A stretch of 64,000 bases of DNA from an uncultured Peptococcaceae bacterium (lineage in GTDB: Bacteria; Bacillota; Dehalobacteriia; UBA4068; UBA4997), in contig CANQPG010000001.1 in assembly GCA_947625705.1 (NCBI GenBank), positions 56,963 through 120,962 on the forward strand. Reading direction: 5' to 3'. The translations under genes and the position numbers were made by a program. Below the pieces are notes generated by a model. That model worked only from the letters and a program-made list of their open reading frames with translations. It made no database searches and had not been told where the DNA came from. Shown in pieces: positions 1-10,879 of the stretch (positions within the stretch are counted from its first letter, which is position 1; each line of letters begins with the position of its first letter).

Positions 1-170
1 TGCGGCAAATATCCTGACTTATGACTCAACCTCACAGAAACCTTCTCAGGCCGAAGCCCAATGGTATAACTTCTGTTCGTCGTCAAATACAGTAGAGTTT
101 GGACTGCGCCGGATTCGCACCGGCTTCCTTTTTAAGCAATACTGCACCGCAAACTTTCAATATTCAGTTA
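1..170 (-). promoter_or_regulatory. cobalamin (B12) riboswitch aptamer, 5' part; continues beyond the window start
   Basis: The minus-strand reading contains AAGGAAGCCGGTGCGAATCCGGCGCAGTCC, matching the GGTGnnAATCC..GCnGnCC core. The 3' segment AGTCAGGATATTTGCC resembles the B12 box rAGYCMGGAnaCCkGCC. It lies immediately downstream of a consensus promoter. The regulated gene is off-window. Confidence 0.5.
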
Positions 171-177
171 TGTGTTT

Positions 178-206
178 ATTATAACCGGACGATCGTGCTT
201 TGTCAA
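178..206 (-). promoter_or_regulatory. sigma-A type promoter, TTGACA-17nt-TATAAT, driving the riboswitch transcript
   Basis: Read on the minus strand: -35 TTGACA at 201-206, a 17-nt spacer, -10 TATAAT at 178-183. Confidence 0.55.
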
Positions 207-224
207 GAGAGCGCGCGGATTTTT

Positions 225-737
225 TTACGCCTCGCTGCCGTTAATATTAGGGCTGGGGGCTTCCGGCATCAATTCCTCGTTCATCACCTGCAAAACCTCG
301 GAGATGAATTTCAGCTGCTCGCCGGAAAAGCGCTGGTAAATGCGGCGCACCACGCGCGAAAGGTATGATGTGCTGAGGTTATAATACTTATAGTATTTTT
401 CCGTCACCACCAGATGATATTCGCGCTTGTCGTCAGCGGACTGCACCTTTTTGATGTAGCCTTTTTTCAGCAGGCTGTTCACCTTATACGCCGCGTTGGG
501 GGCAGAGATGTTGATGAAATTGGCAAACTCGTTCACCGTCGGCGAATGCAGCGCGTGGATCAGCTCCACGCAGAACACCTCCACCGTGGAAAGCGACGCC
601 TCGCGCTCCTGCATGATGGTGAACGCTTCCTGGTAAAAATGAATTTTGAACTTCTCGTAAACCGCAGCGAAGTTATCGTTCAACTCCCGGCAGACCGCGT
701 CCGCGCTTTCCTGCTCCTTTATTATATCCCGCTGCAT
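225..737 (-). CDS. fabT: MarR-family transcriptional regulator, FabT-like, at the 3' end of the fab cluster
   Basis: A MarR-type winged-helix protein of ~170 aa, co-oriented and adjacent to fabZ. The start was chosen at MQRDII (737), which has a GGGGGTG Shine-Dalgarno 8 nt upstream. The 764 start in the track lacks an RBS. Confidence 0.6.
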   Translation of the reverse strand: MQRDIIKEQESADAVCRELNDNFAAVYEKFKIHFYQEAFTIMQEREASLSTVEVFCVELIHALHSPTVNEFANFINISAPNAAYKVNSLLKKGYIKKVQSADDKREYHLVVTEKYYKYYNLSTSYLSRVVRRIYQRFSGEQLKFISEVLQVMNEELMPEAPSPNINGSEA

Positions 738-784
738 TTTTTGCACCCCCCGGCACAGCCCCAAACCTTTACCAAACCCTTTGC

Positions 785-1216
785 CTACTTATCCCCGATG
801 GCGAAAGAAAGCTCCGCCTCGGCCGCCGTTTTGCCGTCCACCGTGGCGATGGCCTTGCCCACACCGAGCGGCCCGCGGCGGCAGGTCAGCTCACAGTAAA
901 GCTCCAGCTTATCGCCCGGCTCCACCTGCTTTCTGAAACGCGCCTTTTTAATGCCGCCGAAGAAGACCAGCTTGCCCGCATTTTCCGCCTCGGTCAAAAT
1001 CGCCACCGCGCCAACCTGCGCCAGCGCCTCCAATATCAGCACGCCCGGCATCACATGATGGCCGGGGAAATGCCCCATAAACTGCATTTCGTTGGCCGAG
1101 ACGCACTTGACGCCCCGCGCCCATTTGCCCGGCTCAAAGTCCTCAATTCTATCCACCAGCAAAAAGGGATAGCGGTGCGGCAAGATCTGCTCGATCTGAT
1201 TGGAATTAAGCTGCAT
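785..1216 (-). CDS. fabZ: 3-hydroxyacyl-ACP dehydratase FabZ
   Basis: Hot-dog fold with the [19 protein letters not shown] motif. The internal start MQLNSNQ was chosen. The upstream part of the track ORF overlaps fabF. Confidence 0.9.
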   Translation of the reverse strand: MQLNSNQIEQILPHRYPFLLVDRIEDFEPGKWARGVKCVSANEMQFMGHFPGHHVMPGVLILEALAQVGAVAILTEAENAGKLVFFGGIKKARFRKQVEPGDKLELYCELTCRRGPLGVGKAIATVDGKTAAEAELSFAIGDK

Positions 1217-1229
1217 TTTTGCCCCTCCC

Positions 1230-2480
1230 TTACGCCGAAAATTTGCGGAGCACCAGCACCGCATTATGCCCGCCGAAGCCCAGCGAATTGGAGAGGACGA
1301 CGTCCGCCGCCGCCCGGCGCGCCTTGTTCGGCACCACGTCCAGCTGACATTCGACATCTTCCACCAAATAATTCAACGTGGGGGGCAAAATATCCTGCTC
1401 AACCGTCAGCGCCGAGAAAACCGCCTCCACCGCGCCCGCCGCGCCCAGCAAATGGCCGGTCATCGACTTGGTGGAGCTGACGGGAAGCGCCTCGGCATGG
1501 GCGCCGAACACCGCCTTGATCGCCGCCGTCTCGGATTTATCGTTCAAGGGCGTGCCGGTGCCGTGCGCGTTGATATACGAAACCGCCTCGGGGGCAACCC
1601 CTGCGTCCGCCAGAGCCTGCCGCATACAGGCGATGGCTCCCGCGCCGTCCGGGGCAGGGGCGGTGATGTGATAAGCGTCGCAGTTGGCCGCGTAACCCGC
1701 CAGCTCGGCATAGATATGCGCCCCGCGCGCCCGGGCATGGGAAAGCTCCTCCAGCACCAGGATACCCGCGCCCTCGCCCATCACAAAGCCGCCGCGCTCC
1801 GCGTCAAACGGAATGGAGGCGCGGTTGAGGTCGGCGCTTTCGGAGAGCGCTTTCATCGATGTAAAGCCGCCGATACCCAGCGGCGTAATGCTGGCTTCCG
1901 CGCCGCCGCAGAGCATGACCTCCGCATAGCCGTCGCGGATCTGGCGGAACGCGTCGCCCACCGCCATGGTGCCGCCCGCGCAGGCCGTCACCGGGCAGCT
2001 GCAAACGCCGGAGAGCCCATAGGCAATGGCAATATGCCCCGCCGCCATGTTGCAGATGGCCATTGGTATGAAATGCGGCGAAACGCGGTCAAAGCCGCGC
2101 TGCTCGCCCTTGGTGTGCTCCGTCTCGATCGTGCTGAGACCCCCGATACCGCTGGAAACGATGACTCCGGCACGTGTCCGGTCAATTTGCGCCAGGTTAA
2201 GACCGCTGTCCTGCACCGCTTCGGCCGCTGCCGCCAGCGCGAACTGCGTAAAACGATCCAGCCGTCTGGCCTCGCGCTTACCCAGCCGGGCGTCCGCGTC
2301 GAAGCCTTTCACCTCCGCCGCCAGCGTCACCTTGCTGTCCTTCGTATCAAATGCCGTGATGGGGGCGATACCGCAGACGCCGTCCACCGCCGCTTGGAAG
2401 CTCTCCGCCGCGTCGAGACCGATCGGCGTTACCGCGCCCAGCCCCGTGATCACGACCCGTCTTTTGTTGTTTGCCGTCAT
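1230..2480 (-). CDS. fabF: 3-oxoacyl-ACP synthase II (KAS II)
   Basis: A full-length 416-aa condensing enzyme with a typical FabF N-terminus ([14 protein letters not shown]) and active-site region. Confidence 0.93.
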   Translation of the reverse strand: MTANNKRRVVITGLGAVTPIGLDAAESFQAAVDGVCGIAPITAFDTKDSKVTLAAEVKGFDADARLGKREARRLDRFTQFALAAAAEAVQDSGLNLAQIDRTRAGVIVSSGIGGLSTIETEHTKGEQRGFDRVSPHFIPMAICNMAAGHIAIAYGLSGVCSCPVTACAGGTMAVGDAFRQIRDGYAEVMLCGGAEASITPLGIGGFTSMKALSESADLNRASIPFDAERGGFVMGEGAGILVLEELSHARARGAHIYAELAGYAANCDAYHITAPAPDGAGAIACMRQALADAGVAPEAVSYINAHGTGTPLNDKSETAAIKAVFGAHAEALPVSSTKSMTGHLLGAAGAVEAVFSALTVEQDILPPTLNYLVEDVECQLDVVPNKARRAAADVVLSNSLGFGGHNAVLVLRKFSA

Positions 2481-2523
2481 AATGTACTCCTGTTAATGCT
2501 CAAAATATGCTTCATTACATCAG

Positions 2524-3279
2524 CTACATGGCCATGCCGCCATCCACCCGCAGCACCTGCCCGGTGATGTAGGCCGCCGCGTCGGAGGCCAGAAAATGCG
2601 CCGCCGCCGCCACGTCCTCGGGCTGCCCCATGCGCCCCATGGGGATACCCGCCAGCATTTGCTGCCGCGCCGCCTCGGGGATCGCGTCCGTCATCGCCGT
2701 TTGGATAAAGCCGGGCGCCAGCGCGTTCACCGTCACCCCGCGCCCGGCCAGCTCCCGCGCCAGCGATTTGGTCATGCCGATCAGCCCGGCCTTGCTGGCC
2801 GCGTAATTGACCTGGCCGGCGTTGCCGCGCAAGGCCACCACGCTGGAAAGGCTGATAATGCGCCCCGCGCGCTGCTTCAGCATGATCTTGGCCGCCTGGC
2901 GCATACAGAGAAACGCGCCGCGCAGGTTCACCGCCAGCACCTTGTCATAGTCATCGTCAGAGAGGCGCAGCAGCAAAGCGTCCCGCGTGATACCCGCGTT
3001 GTTGACGAGGATATCCAGCCGCCCCAGCTCGGTCAATGCCTGCCCGAACATCGCCGCCACCTCGTCGGCATTACTGACGTCGGCGGGAATAATTACGGCC
3101 TTAACGCCCAGCTTTTCACACGCCGCCGCCGTTTCCTGCGCTTCGTCGGCGCTGCCCACGTAGTTGATCGCCACGTCGGCGCCCGCCGCCGCAAACTCCA
3201 GCGCGATCGCCCGGCCAATGCCGCGCCCGCCGCCGGTGATCAGAGCCTTTTTGCCCGAAAGCTCGCCAAAACCGCTCAT
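2524..3279 (-). CDS. fabG: 3-oxoacyl-ACP reductase
   Basis: Short-chain dehydrogenase/reductase with the TGGGRGIGRAIA Rossmann motif, in fab context. Confidence 0.9.
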   Translation of the reverse strand: MSGFGELSGKKALITGGGRGIGRAIALEFAAAGADVAINYVGSADEAQETAAACEKLGVKAVIIPADVSNADEVAAMFGQALTELGRLDILVNNAGITRDALLLRLSDDDYDKVLAVNLRGAFLCMRQAAKIMLKQRAGRIISLSSVVALRGNAGQVNYAASKAGLIGMTKSLARELAGRGVTVNALAPGFIQTAMTDAIPEAARQQMLAGIPMGRMGQPEDVAAAAHFLASDAAAYITGQVLRVDGGMAM

Positions 3280-4226
3280 GCCGTGGCCTCCTCTTTGGCC
3301 TGCGTTTGCAGCATAGAGAGCGTTTTCTCCAAACCGGCGCAGTCCTCAATATTATAGGTTTTGATGGCTTTCGTCGTCTTTTTGATGAAGCCGGAAAGCG
3401 CCTTGCCGGGGCCGATCTCCACCACCGTGTCCACGCCCTGCGCCGCCATGTAGCGCACGCTGTCCTCGAAAAGCACGCTGTGGTGTACCTGCAATTCCAA
3501 AAGCCCCCGCACCGTCTCGCCCGGGGCAAGAGGGCGCGCCGTGGCGTTGAAGATGACCGGGAACCGGGGCTTGGCAAAGCGGATATGGCGGAACTCCTCA
3601 TGCAGCGCCGCCGCCGCCGGCTCCAAAAGCGACGTGTGGAACGGCCCGCTCACCTTAAGCGGCACACAGCGCTTCGCGCCGTAGACCAGCGCCAGCCGCC
3701 CGGCCTCCGTCACCGCCTGCTGCTCGCCCGCGATCACCAGCTGCATGGGGCAGTTGTAATTCGTGATCTCCACCACGCCGTATTTTGACGCTTCGTCGCA
3801 GGCCTGCTGCAATTTCTCCCGGGATAGCCCCAGCACCGCCGTCATGCCGCAGGCCACGCCCTGCACCGCGTTTTCCATCGCCTGCCCGCGAAAGGCCGCA
3901 AGACGCACCGCCGTATTTGCGTCGAACACGCCCGCCGCCTGAAGCGCCGAATATTCACCCAGGCTAAGCCCCGCCGCCATGCTGGGGCGAACGCCCGCCT
4001 CCGCCAGCAGCGCAGTTACACCCGCCGCAAACGCCACCATGCAGGGCTGGGTATATTCCGTTTGGGTCAAAACCTCGTCCGGCCCGAAAAATGAGAGCTT
4101 CTTCAAATCAAAGTCCACGTCCAGGCCGTCCAAAACGCGGCGGTAAGCGGCGTAATTCTGATACAGATCGCGCCCCATGCCCGCGTATTGGCTGCCTTGC
4201 CCAGCATAAACAAAAGCTAATTTCAT
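3276..4226 (-). CDS. fabD: malonyl-CoA:ACP transacylase
   Basis: FabD has the AGQGSQ and GLSLGEYSAL motifs. The start at MKLAFV has a GGAGGG Shine-Dalgarno. A 4-nt overlap with the fabG start suggests translational coupling. Confidence 0.9.
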   Translation of the reverse strand: MKLAFVYAGQGSQYAGMGRDLYQNYAAYRRVLDGLDVDFDLKKLSFFGPDEVLTQTEYTQPCMVAFAAGVTALLAEAGVRPSMAAGLSLGEYSALQAAGVFDANTAVRLAAFRGQAMENAVQGVACGMTAVLGLSREKLQQACDEASKYGVVEITNYNCPMQLVIAGEQQAVTEAGRLALVYGAKRCVPLKVSGPFHTSLLEPAAAALHEEFRHIRFAKPRFPVIFNATARPLAPGETVRGLLELQVHHSVLFEDSVRYMAAQGVDTVVEIGPGKALSGFIKKTTKAIKTYNIEDCAGLEKTLSMLQTQAKEEATA

Positions 4227-4249
4227 CGTGTTCCCTCCATAATATAGTG

Positions 4250-5308
4250 TCAGCGCAGTTTGCCGCAAAGCTCATGTAAAAGTTCGTCAACGTGCAGCAT
4301 CTTTTTGACGCGCCCCACGTTGCTGCCGCAGAAGAACAAGCCCTGCTCCCAGTTGCCTTTGACCGCCTCGATCAGCGCCCGCGTTATGCAATAGGGCGTC
4401 TCCGCCGGGTTGCAGGTGGTGATGCAGTGGATACAATGCTCCGGCTTGATACGGCCAAGTTCTTTGATCCGCGCAAAAAGCGGGCTGTTCAGCGCCCGCC
4501 CCGGCATACCCACCGGGCTTTGCACGATCTGCACGTCCTCCGGTTTGGCCGCCAGCATGATTTCTTTGTAACGCTCGTCGGCGTCACATTCCGGTGTGGC
4601 GATAAACCGGGTGGCTATCTGCGCCCCCGCCGCGCCCGCTTCAATACAGGCCGCCACGTCATCGCCGCTGAACACGCCGCCCGCCGTAAAGATGGGTATC
4701 TTGCGGCAATATTTTTCCTCGAACGGTTTAAGTATGGCCTTAACCTCGGCCAGAATATGCAGCAGCGGCGAGGCTTTGCCGGAAATAAGCTCCGGCAGCT
4801 TAAATCCCAGATGACCGCCCGCCTCTGCGCCCTCGATGACCACAAAATCGGGCACGCGGCCGAAGCGCCGATCCCACATGCGGCAGATGGCGTGCGCCGC
4901 CTTGCCGCTGGAGACGATGGGGGCAAGCAAGGTATCGCCGTCGCCTGCCGCCGCCGGCAGATCAAGCGGCAGCCCCGCCCCGCAGATGACCGCGTCAGCG
5001 CCGGCTTCCGCCGCTGCCCGCACGGCCTCGTGATACTGGCTGGTGGCCACCATTACATTAACGCCCACCATGCCGCGCCCGCCCGCTATGCGCTTGGCCT
5101 TGGCAATTTCCGCCTTAAGCGCGCGGATATTGGCGGCCAGCGAATCATGCCAGAAATCCGGCTCGGCAAAGCCCGTGTTGGCGCTGCTGATGACGCCCAT
5201 TGCGCCGCAGGCCGCCACGCTGCCCGCCAGCCGCCCTAATGAGACGCCGACGCCCATGCCGCCCTGAATGATGGGCAGCTCTAATTTTCTTCCGCCGATA
5301 ATGGGCAT
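4250..5308 (-). CDS. nitronate-monooxygenase/FabK-family flavoprotein, second enoyl-ACP reductase II paralog
   Basis: TIM-barrel FMN protein with IIQGGMGVGVS and GADAVICGAG motifs. It is adjacent to, and co-oriented with, canonical fabK. Confidence 0.7.
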   Translation of the reverse strand: MPIIGGRKLELPIIQGGMGVGVSLGRLAGSVAACGAMGVISSANTGFAEPDFWHDSLAANIRALKAEIAKAKRIAGGRGMVGVNVMVATSQYHEAVRAAAEAGADAVICGAGLPLDLPAAAGDGDTLLAPIVSSGKAAHAICRMWDRRFGRVPDFVVIEGAEAGGHLGFKLPELISGKASPLLHILAEVKAILKPFEEKYCRKIPIFTAGGVFSGDDVAACIEAGAAGAQIATRFIATPECDADERYKEIMLAAKPEDVQIVQSPVGMPGRALNSPLFARIKELGRIKPEHCIHCITTCNPAETPYCITRALIEAVKGNWEQGLFFCGSNVGRVKKMLHVDELLHELCGKLR

Positions 5309-6249
5309 TACAATTCCTCCGCCAAACTGTTCAAATGCTGCAAAACGCCGTCCACGCCCGCCGCCAGTTCCGTGAAAATTTCCCGCAGGGGACGTATCTC
5401 ATGCAGCTGGCCGGCCACCTGCCCGGCCATCAGGCTGCCCATTTTCACGTCGCCCTCAAACACCGCGCGGCGCAGCGAGCCAAGGGTGTATTTCTCCAAT
5501 TCCAGCTTTTCGGCGCCGGCTTTTTCCAGCTTCAGATATTCGCGCGTCATGCCGTTTTTCAGCACCCGCGTCGGCGAACCGCCGATACGCCCCGTCACCA
5601 CGGTGCTGTTATCTTTCGCGTCCAGCACGGCCTGCTTATAGTTCGCGTGAATGGGACATTCCTCGCTCACCAGCAGGCACGTCCCCAGCTGCGCCCCGCA
5701 GGCGCCGAGGGCAAACGCCGCCGTAAGCTGCCGGCTGTCGGCAATGCCGCCCGCCGCGATCACCGGGATATCCACCGCGTCCACCACCTGGGGCACCAGC
5801 GCCATCGTCGTAAGCTCGCCCACATGGCCACCGGATTCGGTGCCCTCGGCGATAACCAGATCGGCGCCCTGCTGCTCCAGCCGGCGCGCCAGCGCTGCAC
5901 CGGAGACCACGGGGATCACCTTGACGCCTGCCGCTTTCCACATCGCCATATATTTGGCCGGGCTGCCCGCGCCGGTGGTGACGACCTTTACGCCCTCGCT
6001 GACCAGCAGCTCCGCCATCTTATCACATTCCGGGTTCATCAGCATTAAATTGACGCCGAACGGCTTATCCGTCAGCTCTTTGGCGCGTTTGATGTGCCGC
6101 TCCAAAGTTTCCGCGTCCATGCCGCCGCTGCCGATAACGCCCAGCGCCCCGGCATTGGAGGCCGCCGCCGCAAACTCGCCGGTGGCGATGTTGGCCATGC
6201 CGCCCTGAATGAAAGGAAATTCCAAACCCAAAATTTCCCGCAGAGTCAT
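5308..6249 (-). CDS. fabK: enoyl-ACP reductase II (FMN-dependent)
   Basis: Classic FabK sequence: FPFIQGGMANIAT..VIAEGTESGGHVG..IPVIAAGGIADSRQ. Confidence 0.88.
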   Translation of the reverse strand: MTLREILGLEFPFIQGGMANIATGEFAAAASNAGALGVIGSGGMDAETLERHIKRAKELTDKPFGVNLMLMNPECDKMAELLVSEGVKVVTTGAGSPAKYMAMWKAAGVKVIPVVSGAALARRLEQQGADLVIAEGTESGGHVGELTTMALVPQVVDAVDIPVIAAGGIADSRQLTAAFALGACGAQLGTCLLVSEECPIHANYKQAVLDAKDNSTVVTGRIGGSPTRVLKNGMTREYLKLEKAGAEKLELEKYTLGSLRRAVFEGDVKMGSLMAGQVAGQLHEIRPLREIFTELAAGVDGVLQHLNSLAEEL

Positions 6250-6282
6250 ATTTTCACCTCATTAAATCATGTTTTAGCCATT

Positions 6283-7275
6283 TTACCACGTGAGCAGGCA
6301 GGCCGCCCACGTGAAGCCAGCGCCGAAGCCGACGCAGATCACCCGCGCCCCCGGCGAGAGCTTTTGCTGCCGCCGCATATCGTTCAGCGCCAGCGGAATA
6401 CTGGCCGAAGACGTGTTGCCGTAGCGCTGCAAATTGACAAAAAACTGCTCCGGCCGCGCGTGCAGGCGCTTCACCACGTGCGAGATAATGCGCACGTTGG
6501 CCTGATGGCAGACGACATAATCGATATCGTTAAGCGAGAGGTTCGCCTTTTGCAGCAGCGCGTCAATACAATAAGGAATGATATCCACCGCAAAGCGGAA
6601 AACCTCCTGCCCCTGCATATGCACCACGCCGGGCGTATCCCCCTGCGCTTTGTCCCAAAGACCGCTGCAACCTAAAAAGCCGCCCGCGTCCTCACGCGAG
6701 CCGCCCAGCCAATAAAACGGGGAAGCCATTGAAAGCTCCGCCACCGCCGCCCCCGCGCCGTCGCCGAACAGCACGCAGGTGCTGCGGTCGGTAAAATCCA
6801 GCACGCGGGAGATCGTTTCGCTGCCCACGATCAGCGCATAAGGGCGGGTTACCGCCAGCAAAAGCTGCCGCGCCGTTTGCAGGCCGTATAAAAACCCGGC
6901 GCAGGCCGCGTTCAGGTCAAAAACCACGGTATCTTCCGGAAGCCCCAGCCGCGCCCGAAGCGCACAGGCCACCGAGGGAGACATTCTGTCCGGCGTGAAG
7001 GTGGCGACGATCAGCACGCCCACCTGCTCCGCGTGAATACCGGCGTGAACCAGCGCGTCCAGCGCGGCGCGGTAAGCCAGATCGACGTTCTTTTCGCCCC
7101 GGCAGAAATAGCGCGTTTTGATACCCGTGCGGCTGGTTATCCACTTATCGTTGGTATCAACGATCTCCGCCATCGCGTCGTTAGTGACCGGCTCTCCCGG
7201 CACCGCCGCCCCCACCGCCAGCAAATGCAGACCGACGGACTGCGCCTCGGCCTTGATTTGTGCCAGCGTCGCCAT
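6283..7275 (-). CDS. fabH: 3-oxoacyl-ACP synthase III
   Basis: KAS III with the NAACAGFLYGL active-site Cys region and C-terminal GFGAGFTWAA. Confidence 0.92.
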   Translation of the reverse strand: MATLAQIKAEAQSVGLHLLAVGAAVPGEPVTNDAMAEIVDTNDKWITSRTGIKTRYFCRGEKNVDLAYRAALDALVHAGIHAEQVGVLIVATFTPDRMSPSVACALRARLGLPEDTVVFDLNAACAGFLYGLQTARQLLLAVTRPYALIVGSETISRVLDFTDRSTCVLFGDGAGAAVAELSMASPFYWLGGSREDAGGFLGCSGLWDKAQGDTPGVVHMQGQEVFRFAVDIIPYCIDALLQKANLSLNDIDYVVCHQANVRIISHVVKRLHARPEQFFVNLQRYGNTSSASIPLALNDMRRQQKLSPGARVICVGFGAGFTWAACLLTW

Positions 7276-7276
7276 A

Positions 7277-7516
7277 TTACTCCGCAGCCGCCGTCTTCGC
7301 GTCGATATACGCGACGATATCGGCCACCGTCTTCATGCCGCCCATGTCTTCGTCCGGGATCTTGATACCGTACGCGTCCTCCAGCGCCATGTTGATCTCC
7401 ACCGCGTCCAGAGAGTCGGCCTCCAGATCCTCAAACAGGTTGGTGGTCTCGGTCACATCGGCCTCGTCCACGCTCAAAGTGTCCACAATAATTTCTTTTA
7501 CCTTATCAAAAGTCAT
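7277..7516 (-). CDS. acpP: acyl carrier protein
   Basis: A 79-aa protein with the LEADSLDAVE phosphopantetheine attachment motif. Confidence 0.93.
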   Translation of the reverse strand: MTFDKVKEIIVDTLSVDEADVTETTNLFEDLEADSLDAVEINMALEDAYGIKIPDEDMGGMKTVADIVAYIDAKTAAAE

Positions 7517-7560
7517 GTTAAAATACCTCTCTTTTCCTGATTTTTCGCTTTAAAGCGAGC

Positions 7561-7600
7561 ATTTAATTAAAAAATTTTACTTAAAATATTTTAATTAAAT
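7561..7600. promoter_or_regulatory. perfect 12-bp inverted repeat (ATTTAATTAAAA-N16-TTTTAATTAAAT) in the acpP leader; candidate operator for the MarR/FabT regulator
   Basis: Seen directly in the sequence between the promoter -10 and the acpP start. Confidence 0.4.
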
Positions 7601-7611
7601 ATCTTTAAGTA

Positions 7612-7640
7612 ATACTAACACGCTCATGGCTAATTGTCAA
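7612..7640 (-). promoter_or_regulatory. sigma-A promoter of the acpP-fab operon (TTGACA-17-TAGTAT on the minus strand)
   Basis: -35 at 7635-7640, 17-nt spacer, -10 at 7612-7617. Confidence 0.5.
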
Positions 7641-7704
7641 GCAAAAGCCGCAAATTTATACCTGTCCGCCTAAAATTTCCCTGCAACAAGCAAGTTTTGG
7701 GCGC

Positions 7705-7741
7705 AAAAAAGCCGCGGCAGATAAATGCTGCGGCTTTTTTT
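7705..7741. terminator. bidirectional rho-independent terminator downstream of cysE
   Basis: A GC stem (AAGCCGCGGCAG..CTGCGGCTT) flanked by an A-run and a T-run. Confidence 0.55.
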
Positions 7742-7743
7742 AC

Positions 7744-8427
7744 CTATTTATCTTCCTGTGACTTCCCTTTCACGGGGCAATCCGCCGAACAGCGGCATGC
7801 ATCTTTCAAATCGCGGGAGAGCGCGTCCAGCTTTTGCTGCAAGGCGTCGATCTCCTGCTGGATCGGGTCGGGCAGGCTGACTTGATCCAACTCCCAGCTG
7901 CGGTATTCCGGCTTGGCGTCGGCGGGAAGAATAACATTGCCCGGCACGCCCACCACCGTGGCATTGGGAGGAACCTCTTTCAGCACCACGGCGTTGCCGC
8001 CGATACGCGCGTTATCGCCCACCGTAAAGGGGCCCAAAATTTTTGCGCCCGCCCCCACCAGCACATGGTTGCCGAGCGTGGGGTGGCGCTTGCCTTTATC
8101 TTTGCCGGTGCCGCCCAGCGTCACGCCGTGATAAATATTGCAGTAATCGCCGATCTCCGCCGTCTCGCCGATCACGATACCCATGCCGTGGTCGATGAAC
8201 AGGCATTTGCCGATCTTCGCGCCGGGGTGTATCTCAATACCCGTGAGGAAGCGGGCAAACTGCGACACTGCCCGCGCCGGCGTTTTCAGCCCGTGTGTAT
8301 GCAGAAAGTGGGCAATACGGTGCCAGCGCACCGCGTGATAACCCGGATACAGAAAGAACACCTGCCAGGGGCCGGTGGCCGCCGGATCCTGCTCCGCTAT
8401 GTATTTGGCGTCTTCCCAGAAGCCCAT
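7744..8427 (-). CDS. cysE: serine O-acetyltransferase
   Basis: Hexapeptide-repeat acetyltransferase with an N-terminal FWEDAKYIAEQDPAA. The ATG at 8427 has a GAGGGTGG Shine-Dalgarno. The track ORF begins at an upstream GTG. Confidence 0.88.
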   Translation of the reverse strand: MGFWEDAKYIAEQDPAATGPWQVFFLYPGYHAVRWHRIAHFLHTHGLKTPARAVSQFARFLTGIEIHPGAKIGKCLFIDHGMGIVIGETAEIGDYCNIYHGVTLGGTGKDKGKRHPTLGNHVLVGAGAKILGPFTVGDNARIGGNAVVLKEVPPNATVVGVPGNVILPADAKPEYRSWELDQVSLPDPIQQEIDALQQKLDALSRDLKDACRCSADCPVKGKSQEDK

Positions 8428-8623
8428 GAATACCACCCTCTTATTATCGCTTCAATATTACTATATAATACCAGAATATGGCGAGTTACGCAAGCTCGGC
8501 AGCCGAAAATTAAAATTTGGCGCAAACGCGAGCAAAACGCTCTAAATTAAAGCAAAGCTGGTAAAATCAGCCGTAACAGCCCGTGTTTTGCGGATTTTTA
8601 CCAAAATTTTCTGGTTTCCGGGG

Positions 8624-8652
8624 TTGCGCTTATGGGGCTGATTAGCTATTAT
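8624..8652 (+). promoter_or_regulatory. groESL promoter (TTGCGC-17-TATTAT)
   Basis: A hexamer pair immediately upstream of CIRCE. Confidence 0.5.
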
Positions 8653-8659
8653 ATTAATG

Positions 8660-8686
8660 TTAGCACTCGAAGCGAAAGAGTGCTAA
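8660..8686 (+). promoter_or_regulatory. CIRCE operator (HrcA site) TTAGCACTC-N9-GAGTGCTAA
   Basis: A perfect match to the CIRCE consensus, 64 nt upstream of groES. Confidence 0.9.
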
Positions 8687-8749
8687 CAAAACCGCCGAAG
8701 CAAAAAAGTTTTTTCTATATTAAAACAGTTTTATAAAGGAGGAACCATC

Positions 8750-10691
<1,942 letters not shown>

Positions 10692-10705
10692 TCATCTGAA
10701 AATTA

Positions 10706-10833
10706 AGAAGCGCAATAGCGGCACATCTGCTGTGTCGTCAGCCAACTCGCTTGTCGGCGTACCATCAGTACGCCTCCGGCGACTCGTTGTCTGACTCCTT
10801 GCATCTGTACCACTCTTGCGCTTCTTTTTTGTT
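10706..10833 (+). terminator. long structured element ending in a U-run, downstream of groEL
   Basis: AAGAAGCGCAA at 10706 pairs with TTGCGCTTCTT at 10816, followed by TTTTTTGTTT. It encloses a perfect hairpin GGCGTAC-CATCA-GTACGCC (10756-10774). Confidence 0.35.
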
Positions 10834-10879
10834 TGGTTAATTTCCTTTTACGCCAAATTACGGATTGTGGCAAGTAAGG

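Noticed and set aside
99-899. Plus-strand ORFs 99-368 and 414-899
   Set aside because: They overlap the riboswitch/promoter and run antisense to the MarR and fabZ genes. No RBS or homology supports them.
1200-2567. 455-aa plus-strand ORF
   Set aside because: It is antisense to fabF and Arg/Ala-rich with no domain signature. This is a typical high-GC antisense artefact.
8437-8520. Possible T-box leader upstream of cysE
   Set aside because: The 5' region is short and lacks the AGGGTGGNACCGCG T-box motif. Only an ordinary Shine-Dalgarno and a -10-like sequence are present.
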